Positions 53,085-63,151 of a stretch of 64,000 nt of DNA are shown here, piece after piece. Source of the stretch: Octopus sinensis (Eukaryota); assembly GCF_006345805.1 (NCBI RefSeq), contig NC_043002.1:111476001-111540000 (forward strand). Direction: 5' to 3'. The translations under genes were made by a program, and so were the position numbers. The notes under the pieces were generated by a model. It worked only from the letters and a program-made list of their open reading frames with translations. It did not search any database and had not been told where the DNA came from. Position 1 is the first letter of the stretch. Each line of letters starts with the position of its first letter.

Positions 53085-53455
53085 ATCGGTAACCACTGAG
53101 CCGCAGGTTTTATGTCGGAGTTATCCCAGTTACCTGAGTTACCTTCTCCTAGAAGGATGCCCTAACAAAGGCTAGGAGTCCTTCACTCCCAATGGTTTAA
53201 CTGCGTGATCGGGTATTCAATCCGATTATTTCTATGCGCCCGCGCATGATACAGCCTTACGACATTTATTGGATTGCCGTTGACTCTCAAGAGTTCCTCC
53301 GCTCTTTGACGGGTTTTGTTTTTCATCCCGCAGGGTGTCCAATAAACACCCTCCTCACCAAGCGAGCTTGGTGGGGTTGCCGGTTTAGTTGCCGACGGCC
53401 CGACCATGCAACAGGTTGTACTGGGTTACATGTTACCAGTAGCACTCGTAAGTGA
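53085..53455 (-). mobile_element. Probable 5' region of an RTE LINE
   Basis: CpG-retaining segment with a ccttctcctag...aaggctagg motif recalled from RTE 5' ends; no protein evidence. Confidence 0.35.
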
Positions 53456-53659
53456 CCTGACATAAATATTATTATCAGACAAGTTTTAGAAATTTACAAT
53501 TTAAAATATAAACTGAATATCTTAGTAACAAAGTTCTTTACGTCAGCAGTTATTCGTGTTCTTGTACTATATTCAATCATTTGTTTCTTTTCAAGTGGAT
53601 TTTATCACTTAACACCACTGCATTGCTTTTTTACTTACATAGTATAAACATGCTTGACT

Positions 53660-54040
53660 GGAGGCGCAATGGCCCAGTGGTTAGGGCAGCGGACTCGCGG
53701 TTGTAGGATCGCGGTTTCGATTCCCAGACTGGGCGTTGTGAGTGTTTATTGAGTGAAAACACCTAAAGCTCCACGATGCTCTGGCAGGGATGGTGGTGAT
53801 CCCTGCTGTACTCTTTCACCACAACTTTCTCTCACTCTTACTTCCTGTTTCTGTTGTACCTGTATTTCAAAGGGCCGGCCTTGTCACTCTCTGTGTCACG
53901 CTGAATATCCCCGAGAACTACGTTAAGGGTACATGTGTCTGTGGAGTGCTCAGCCACTTACACGTTAATTTCACGAGCAGGCTGTTCCGTTGATCGGATC
54001 AACCGGAACCCTCGTCGTCGTAACCGACGGAGTGCTTCCA
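53660..54040 (+). mobile_element. SINE-C, full length
   Basis: Consensus match; TSD ataaacatgct. Confidence 0.9.
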
Positions 54041-54945
54041 TAAACATGCTGCTTGAGAATACACCAACACATCATTTAATGTCCATTGTCCATGTGTGGC
54101 ACCTTGGGCAAGTGTCTTTTACTCTAGCTTCACGTTCACCAAAAGCCTTGTGAATGAATTTGGTAGTCGGAAACTGAAAGAAGCCTGTCATAGATATACA
54201 TATGTGTGTGTGTGTGTATTTTTCTCCCACCACAGTTTTGACAACCAGTACTGGTGTGTTTACATCCCCCATAACTGACTTGTTATGTTAATGACAACTG
54301 AGATGAGAGTTGGGAACATGGAACACATGCCTCTATTCTGTGAGATTGAAAATATATTTTCATGCATCCAGCTTCTCTCTTTGATTCAATATTGGTTTTC
54401 ACTTCCTAATAAAATAAGCCTTGGCAATCTACAAGTCCACTACACCTTGGTGTCTCACCAAAATCCAAAATCTTTCTCTTTAATTTTAACAATCCAGTGA
54501 TTGATAAATCAACAAATAAATATCTCCAAGACCATCAGTTTACCTACAGAACTAGAATACAGTTTGAGAAGCTCCAGTGTCACATAATACTAAGGAGTTT
54601 GAGTAGCTAGGTTGGTTGAGGTAGCTGGTATATGGTCGTCGAACCTGCTAGAAATAGCAGCTAAATTTCTTTCAAATCACTCTCTACTATCTTAAATATA
54701 GAAGGATACATTTGACACAAATCTTTGTTATGCAAAAGGATGGTATAGCCCTGACTGGAATGTTCCTGGTTATGGGTCTTATCGATTGAAACTGACCATG
54801 TACTAAATCACAACAACAACTTGGTAGGCTGTGCTGTATCTAAAATAAGATATTTTTACAATATTATTAAGAAATGTCTCCAAGAGCAGTTCCATTGAAA
54901 CACTAGTGTATGAAAATGTTAGAATAATGAGTTAGGCTAGAATTT

Positions 54946-54973
<28 letters not shown>

Positions 54974-54978
<5 letters not shown>

Positions 54979-55522
54979 CTTTATTCACCATAAGGTTGAG
55001 AAAAGAGGGGATAAAACAAACGTTGGGGTCAGGGTATCGAATGAGACGAAACTTATGAATAAACAAACAATTGAAATATATACAATTAAATGAGAATGAG
55101 TGATTAACAAAAAATGAAGCAGAGGACGTGGTTGACCCCACAAACCACATACTCACACTGAAGACTTTGCTTTCTCCTTTTTCACATTCTTGATTAAACA
55201 GGTTCTTTCACTCGCAACATACTTGCTATAGACTTCCATCTTTTACGAAACACACTTTGCGACAGGCATTTCTTCTCCAGCCTTATTTTCCGTTTCATGT
55301 GGAAAATGAAAAAGTCGATTAGCTCGAGAATGGAGATGAACATGCCTGTTGCAATTCTTTTTACTCTCGTCTTCCACACTACTTCTTTTGCCATAGCAAC
55401 TACTGAGAGAAAACAGGCTCACTCCTCCCTATTCTGGGAGGTCGGCAGAACTATCTTCATTACAGATTCGCTCGAAAGTTGTACTCTTCTCGAATGCGAC
55501 AGCAGGTGTTCAACATAAGCCC
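54974..55522 (-). mobile_element. 5'-truncated L1/Tx1-clade LINE inserted in an (AG)n/(TC)n microsatellite
   Basis: Minus-strand frame ...FLSVVAMAKEVVWKTRVKR...RKIRLEKKCLSQSVFRKRW...* (Tx1-type ORF2 C-terminus, one internal stop). The UTR ends aataaagaaata. (AG)n lies on both sides (54946-54973, 55523-55541). Confidence 0.7.
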
Positions 55523-56140
55523 AGAGAGAGAGAGAGAGAGATAGCTAATGTTGGAATCACTTGAGAACTATAATAATCTTAGGCTGATAAGACAAAGCAT
55601 TTTACAAGGTTGTGTGATTTTGTTGAGAATGTGGAATATTTTGACTGGATATGGCTGATTTAAATGCTAAAGGTCAAACTAGTCCATGTTTTTATATAAC
55701 ATCAAAAACAAAAAAAGAAGCAGACTTTCCATCCTAAATATTTACAGTTACACAGATTTTTCTCTCTCAGATCTATCCACTAGTCATGCACAACTAATCT
55801 AAAATATCCAGATTTGAAGACCATTTCGATATAAGCTTTGCCAATCCTTTCTGAATTACACGAGTCTGTAAGGAAGATGTTTATCTGATATCTGTAGTAT
55901 TAAGATGTGGGATAAATCTGCTCTGAGATATTCATTCCCAGGAATTTTTCTTGCAGAAGTAATTAGACTTAGCACTCTATACCAATGAAGCACTAGTTAA
56001 CTGCAAAGTGCTGCTGCTGGATATAGGTATTGTTGTATGGTTAGTAAGATTGCTTTGCAACCATAGGATTTCAAGTTCAATCCCAATGTGCAGCTCTTCC
56101 TGCATGTGTCATCTACCATAACCTTGGGTTGTCCATTACC

Positions 56141-56607
56141 TATTTCTTTATTACCCACAAGGGGCTAAACACAGAGGGGACAAACAAGGACAGACATAGG
56201 TATTAAGTCGATTACATCGACCCCAGTGCGTAACTGCTACTTAATTTATCGACCCCGAAAGGATGAAAGGCAAAGTCGACCTCGGCGGAATTTGAACTAA
56301 CAACGTAACACAGACGAAATACGCTAAGCATTCGCCCGGCGTGCTAACGTTTCTGCCAGCTTGCCGCTGGGTTGTCCATTACCTATTTCTTTATTACCCA
56401 CAAGGGGCTAAACAACAGAGGGGACAAACAAGGACAGACATAGGTATTAACGATTACATCGACCCCATGCGTAACTGCTACTTAATTTATCGACCCCAAG
56501 GATGAAAGGCAAAGTCGACCTCGGCGGAATTTAACTAACAACGTAACACAGACGAAATACCGCTAAGCATTTCGCCCGGCGTGCTAACGTTTCTGCCAGC
56601 TTGCCGC
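56141..56607 (-). mobile_element. Two SINE-B copies in a TSD-SINE-TSD-SINE-TSD arrangement
   Basis: tgggttgtccattacc at 56125-56140, 56368-56383 and 56608-56623. Confidence 0.9.
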
Positions 56608-56784
56608 TGGGTTGTCCATTACCTTGGAAGTAAAATATGGTAGAAAGAAGCCCATATATATATATTACTGGGTGCAACCAGTAAAATGGTTGGTGTTAGG
56701 AAGGAAATCCAGCTATTGAAACCATGCCAGAAATGGAACATATGAGTATGATGTAATCCTCCATCTCATCTAGGAGGGCAGTAA

Positions 56785-57183
56785 TCTTTATATATAAAGT
56801 GAGGTTGTGTGCTGTCTGTCTCCTACGATTTAGATTCCTAACTACTCCACATTTGCGGTTGTGCAGTTTAACCAAAACCAGGTATCTTATAGTCGTGATT
56901 CATATCGAGCCCTTCTGGGTATTAGCGTGCGTCTACGATGAGTCTACGATTTAAAAAAAAAATTTACCATCAATTTTTCACATTTTTAATACATTTTTGG
57001 CATATATAAGGGAAGTAACTCTCTAAAAATTTATTATTAAATCTCAGAACGTAAAAAGTTACAGCAACACCCCCCCCCTTTGTGGTTAGCCATATTGAGA
57101 TGGCTATTATACTTTACATCTCTAAAAATGCTTATATAGTTATTTCCCTTACAAACCCGAGCAACGCCGGGCGATACTGCTAG
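56785..57183 (+). mobile_element. Helitron family E
   Basis: A^TC...cccgagcaacgccggg...CTAG^T. Confidence 0.9.
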
Positions 57184-57328
57184 TTCTAAATAAAAACTGA
57201 CTCACAAAGTGATTACAATGCCTACATGGAAGGCACACACTAAAATGATGATGATGATGATTGATACATACATATACATATCCAGTACATGTAACTGAAG
57301 CAGTATTTAATTAAAATAGCTGTCTATG

Positions 57329-58441
57329 TATGTGGTGCATTCCAGAAGCTTTGGGATTTCTTTTAGGAGAGGGAGTTATAACTGCCCTAGATTATTGTAA
57401 TTTTAGTATATTATTACTATACGTCTAATAAATTGAGCTGCCATCATTTGTAATTCCTGATTGAAGGAGACAGCTGTAAATTCTTTTTAAACACACCCTA
57501 CTAAACACTGCTTGTCACAGCTGATTTGTTTGCAGAATGTAGTTTGGAGATGAAGACAATTCGGAAGTTCACTATGCAATAAAGTTTTGTGTTAAACTGG
57601 GCAAAAATGCTAAAGACTTATGAAATGCTCCAGCCTGCTTATAGATTAACTTGTCTGAGCTGAGCATCTATTTTTTGTTGGCACAAGAGACTAGGCAAAG
57701 CAAGTCCCCTGGGAAGTTCATGGTGGTCTCCTTTTTTGACAGCAAGAACATCATCTACATCCACTAGTTTCCCTTTGACTAAATGGTCAACAAAGAATAC
57801 TTTAGGGGTGGTTCATGAAGAGATTTTGACACAAATGGTCAGAGTCCTTCCACTTGTGTCAGTGGTACCTGCACCAGGACAGTGTACCCATCTACAATTG
57901 ACAGAGATGGGCATCAAAACTGTCACTCACCCTCCCTACAATCCCTGTGACTATTGGTTGTTACTCAAGCTGAAGGAGACCCTGAGAGGCAGTAATTTTG
58001 AAGACATTGAGAAGATAAAAGAAACTGTGACAAGAGTTTGGGACACCTTAATTTTGGAGGACTTCCATGGGGCCTTCACAAAGGTACTGGAGCACTACAA
58101 CAAGTGCACTGAAGTCAGAGGATCCTACTTTGGAATTAATAACTCATTTTCAGGTATCGAACCTTCTGGAATATACCTATTTCTTTACTACCCACAAGGG
58201 GCTAAACACAGAGGGGACAAACAAGGACAGACATAGGTATTATGTCGATTACATCGACCCCAGTGCGTAACTGGTACTTAATTTATCGACCCCGAAAGGA
58301 TGAAAGGCAAAGTCGACCTCAGCGGAATTTGAACTCAGAACGTAACGCAGACGAAATACCACTAAGCATTTCGCCCGGTGTGCTAACGTTTCTGCCAGCT
58401 CGACGCCTTTCTGGAATATACCTTCTGGAATATACCATTTA
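57329..58441 (+). mobile_element. Internally deleted, decayed mariner element
   Basis: TA-flanked TIR-like ends (tgtggtgcattccagaag / cttctggaatataccattta). Remnants read YAIKFCVKLGKNAK, KFMVVSFFDSK, HPPYNP.CDYWLLLKLKE. Confidence 0.85.
58178..58408 (-). mobile_element. SINE-B inserted in the mariner 3' TIR
   Basis: TSD ttctggaatatacc at 58164-58177 and 58409-58422, with an extra copy at 58423-58436. Confidence 0.9.
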
Positions 58442-58947
58442 TCCTACTTAATGTATATGCATCATTGAGAAAGTAAGTTACTGCAGTATTTATCCAGGGA
58501 TGATTTTGTCTCCCTCCATGTGTTGGGTTTTTAAACACAGCTTATCCACTAAGAAATGTTATCATCGGAGACAAATACCATAGTAACTTGCCTCCCAATG
58601 ATGAATTTACATTAAGCATGAGGCATCTCTTATCTTTTATTTATTTCACTCATTAGACTATGGCCATGCTGGGGCACCACCTTGAAGAATTTTTAGTCAA
58701 ATTAATTGACCCCATTACTTTTTTTTTAAAACCTGATACTTATTCTATCAGTCTCTTATAGTGAACCACTGAGTTATGGGGACATAAACAAACCAACACT
58801 GGTTGGGAGACAAACACAAACACAGACACAGACACACACACACACACACACATACTTCCCAGACCCCAGTTGAACCATCCAACCCATGCTAGCATGGAAA
58901 GCGGACGCTAAATGATGATGATGATGATGATGATGATATACATATAA

Positions 58948-58979
<32 letters not shown>

Positions 58980-59076
58980 CTGTGTTTGTGTTTGTCTTCC
59001 AACCAGTGTTGGTTTGTTTATGTCCCCATAACTCAGTGGTTCACTATAAGAGACTGATAGAATAAGTATCAGGTTT

Positions 59077-59118
<42 letters not shown>

Positions 59119-59517
59119 ATATATATATTTATATTAAGGGCGTTACTATACATAAATGCTTCACACTAGGAGGGACTCTTAAAGTCAAAACTGCTATAAT
59201 AACCACATTGTACCGAATGTGAGGGAATGCAACTCTCGAAGCAAGCCTCCTAAAATCAGACTCAGCTGCATATATGATTTCGTAATTAGTGCACAAAATG
59301 CACTTTTTAATCTTCAGTGCAAGCATAGTCAAGACATATAAAAATAAACAAAAATCAACATACCAGACGAACATCACATGTATCCTGCATAGTACATAGA
59401 AATTGTTTACACTTATATATCTATGTAAGAGATGGGCTTTTCAAATTGCATTTCGGTACACGTGTTTATTCAGAATAAAATTCAGCACTGAATATATTCC
59501 AGTTAAATTTACAATTT

Positions 59518-59689
59518 AGGCGCAGGAGTGGCTGTGTGGTAAGTAGCTTGCTAACCAACCACATGGTTCCGGGATCAGTCCCACTGCGTGGCATCTTGGG
59601 CAGGTGTCTTCTGCTATAGCCCTGGGCCGATCAATGCCTTGTGAGTGGATTTGGTAGACGGAAACTGAAAGAAGCCTGTCGTATATATG

Positions 59690-59720
<31 letters not shown>

Positions 59721-59937
59721 TTGTGTGTCTGTGTTTGTCCCCCTAGCATTGCTTGTCAACCGATGCTGGTGTGTTTACGTCCCCGTCACTTAGCGGTTCG
59801 GCAAAAGAGACTGATAGAATAAGTACTGGGCTTACAAAGAATAAGTCCCGGGGTCGATTTGCTCGACTAAAGGCGGTGCTCCAGCATGGCCGCAGTCAAA
59901 TGACTGAAACAAGTAAAAGAGTAAAGAGTAAAGAGTA
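59518..59937 (+). mobile_element. SINE-A
   Basis: Consensus match. Confidence 0.9.
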
Positions 59938-60194
59938 ATTTAAATATAGGATAAAATCTTCATAAGAATTTATCAAGTAGTTAGTGTGAAAAATCTCACA
60001 AGGGAAAAATTTATTAATCATTCCCTATAAATATATAGTGCTGAATTTTATTCTTTGTTGCCAGTATAAATAAGCTATTGATAAAATAGCAAAATTGTGT
60101 TGATAATTTAGGTGCATACTTTAACTGGATTGCTTTTTATTGAGAAATCTTCAAGTAAGACTGAATAATGACATACATACACACATACATACAT

Positions 60195-60590
60195 GGAGCA
60201 AAGGTGTGTACCGTCATAGAGGTTAGCTGCCCTGCAGATATAAATAGCTCTTTGAAAATCAAAGAAAAAGAGGATATCTATGGACAACTGCTTTGAAACC
60301 TCCAGCTTCTGTATCCAGACTATGAAATCATATTCATACCAATAATAATTGGAGCACTAGGTTTTGTTAATAAATGCTTAAAGGAGAATCTGGATAAACT
60401 GGGATTTTCAGAAAGAGAAATCGACTGGCTACTTCATACATTACAAGTGCAATCTGTGAGTGGAACAGTAAAAATATGCAAGACTTTTCTCAAGTTCCAA
60501 ATGTGAATTTGTCTGTGTTAACTACATCCCAAATATGGAGCCTTGTATCTTTGTTGGAAACCGGCTCCCTCCTCAGTGGAAGATTACTCC
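60195..60590 (+). mobile_element. 3' fragment of an RLE-type (R2 superfamily, R4/Dong/Hero-like) non-LTR element
   Basis: 60195-60506 reads ...VIEVSCPADIN...KEKEDIYGQLL*NLQ...IPIIIGALG...KICKTFLKFQM*, a restriction-like endonuclease tail with one internal stop. Confidence 0.75.
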
Positions 60591-60963
60591 TGAACTGGTT
60601 CCTGTGCCAGTAGCATGTAAAAAGCACCCACTACACTCTCTGAGTGGTTGGAATTAGCAAGGGCATCCAGCTGTAGAAACATTGCCTGACCAGACTGGAG
60701 CCTGGTGCAGCTGCTGGCTCTCCAGACCTCAGTCAAACAGTCCAACCCATGCCAGCATGGAAAAGGGACGTTAATCGATGATGATGAAAAACTACAAGAG
60801 ACGTACAGATGAGTACACATACGAATATAGAATATGCTTGTGTACATCTGTGCATTTTGGTAAGGAATGTAAACATTGGTGAGAAAATTGATTAAAAAAA
60901 ACCCCCAAAAACATTGCATTATGAATGAAGTCCCTTGGGTCATTAGATGGGTACATTGTCCTG

Positions 60964-61345
60964 GTCACAGTTTCTTTCATCTTCTCAATGTCTTCAAAAT
61001 GACTGCCTCTCAGGATCTCCTTCAGCTTGAGTAACAACCAACAGTCACAGGGAACAAGGGCTGGATTGTAGGGAGGGTGAGTGACAGTTTTGATGCCCAT
61101 CTCTGTCAATTGTAGATGGGTACACTGTCCTGGTGCAGGTACCACCGACACAAGTGGAAGGGCTCTGACCATTTGTGTCAAAATCTCTTCATGAACCACT
61201 CCTAAAGTATTCTTTGTTGACCGTTTAGTCAGAGGGAAACTAGTGGATGTAGATGATGTTCTTGCTGTCAAAAAAGGAGACCACCATGAACTTCCCAGGG
61301 GACTTGCTTTTCCTAGCCTCTTGTGCCAACAAAAAATAGATGCTC
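60964..61345 (-). pseudogene. Inverted second copy of the mariner interior
   Basis: Close reverse-complement match to 57662-58031, same internal deletion junction, no TIRs. Confidence 0.85.
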
Positions 61346-61937
61346 CCTTGTCAATCTCATCCTCAGAAATACATTGAACCAGGGACTGCCCATGTGGAAC
61401 ATGTAACCAATGATACTGTTGTTCACAAATTGTGTTTATGAAATAAAAATAAATAATTACTACACTGCAGTGCCTATTCAGAGTTTGGATTACTTCACCA
61501 TTGATTGTTAAGTTTCTTGGTTACAGATACAACACGATGTTGGTGATAAAACAGGATACAAGCACTCAGCCTCTTGGTTAGTTGTTGTGTAATCCACTTG
61601 ACTTTGCTGCTAAGGTTCTCACTTTGGTAAATGAGGTGAAGGTTGCAATTTGTAGCTGCAGTTTGTTCCACTAAGCCTTTATAACTATTATATAAACAAC
61701 CACTTATTAAATTGATAGTTATTTTTATTGCTGTTTATTTCTCCATTTTGCATGAGTGTGGTTAGACTCAGTTGCTTGACTTCCTAGTCACAAGAGATAT
61801 CTATGTGGAAGGAACAGTTGATTATAGTATAGTACATCTAGTATTTATTTTTATTGTACCTGGAGACAGTCAACCTTGGTAAAGCATAAAAGAAATCGAT
61901 ATTTAATATCTAACACGTTGATACTTGATAGGTTTAA

Positions 61938-62158
61938 CCCTTTAGTATTTAAACCGGCCATATCAGGCCAAAAGTATTCTGCCTGTTTTATGTTCAAACT
62001 GGCTAGATCTGGTCTCTCACACCAACCCTATAATATTGTTTTAAAAATTAACAGCTACCTCATCAAAATCTCATAGCTACAAGATAATGCATGATTAGTT
62101 CAAGGCAATGTGAATAAAAAAGGATTAATTTTGGCAGAATAATGCGAACACTAAAGGG
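61938..62158. mobile_element. piggyBac-type MITE (P2)
   Basis: TTAA TSD; TIR CCCTTTAG/CTAAAGGG. Confidence 0.85.
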
Positions 62159-62570
62159 TTAAAATTGATAAAATCTAAGATTTAATTATAATATATGTAA
62201 ATTTGAATTTTTATATTGTGTGTGAGTTGCTGCCTCCTTGCTTTAACATTGCATGATTGTTGTAAATGAGTGTCATCATCATGTAAGCTTTGTCCTTCAT
62301 TTCCAATCTTCCATGAAAACATGTCTAGTTATGAAAACAGATAAAGGCTGGTGACAGGAAGGGCATCAAGCTGTAGAAAATCTGCCTCAACAAATATCAT
62401 TGACCCATGCAAGCATGGAAAAGTATGCACATCAAAACAATGGTGATGAGAAAAGCTTATATTTTGGAAGTTATTTCACGTTAAAGTAGTCCTATTTCGG
62501 TAATTTCAACCAATCAATGATGTGTATTCAGCTGAATAAAATTACTGCTGTTGTTTGTTAACAAGAACTT

Positions 62571-62957
62571 CCGGTGGTGTATATTTCGTTTGTCACTGTT
62601 ATTTATGACAACCCTAACCCTAAAACCCTAACCCTAACCCTAAAACCCTAACCCTAACCCTAAAACCCTAACCCTAACCCTAACCCTAAAACCTTAACCC
62701 TAACCCTAAAACCCTAACCCAAACCCTAAAATCCTAACCCTAAAATCCTAATCCTAACACTTTAACCCTAACCCTAAAATCCTAACCCCAACCCAAACCC
62801 TAAAATCCTAATCAACACCCTAACCCTAAAACCGTAACCCTAACCCTAAAAACCTAACCCTAGCCCTAAAACCCTAACCTTAACCTTAAAGCTAAAGCCA
62901 GTACAAATGCACGAACGATGTCATAAATAACAGTGACAAACGAAAAATACAGACCGG
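62571..62957. mobile_element. TIR element (about 40-bp TIRs) enclosing a telomere-like (AACCCT/AAAACCCT)n array (62610-62890)
   Basis: ccggtggtgtatatttcgtttgtcactgttatttatgaca ... tgtcataaataacagtgacaaacgaaaaatacagaccgg. Confidence 0.8.
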
Positions 62958-63151
62958 GCGTTGTGAGTGTTTATTGAGCGAAAACATCTAAAGCTTCACG
63001 AGGCTCTGGCAGGGGGTGGTGGTGATCCCTGCTGTACTCTTTCACCACAACTTTCTCTCACTCTTACTTCCTGTTTCTGTTGTACCTGTATTTCAAAGGG
63101 CCGGCCTTGTCACTCTCTGTGTCACGCTGAATATCCCCGAGGGTACACGTG
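62951..63151 (+). mobile_element. SINE-C body fragment fused to the right TIR
   Basis: agaccgggcgttgtgag... matches the SINE-C body; both ends are missing. Confidence 0.8.

Noticed and set aside
57736-58236. 166-aa and 159-aa ORFs (also 60792-61271) as host genes
   Set aside because: Frameshifted mariner transposase remnants that run into other repeats
62610-62890. True telomere or chromosome end
   Set aside because: Short, degenerate, enclosed by TIRs and followed by more sequence
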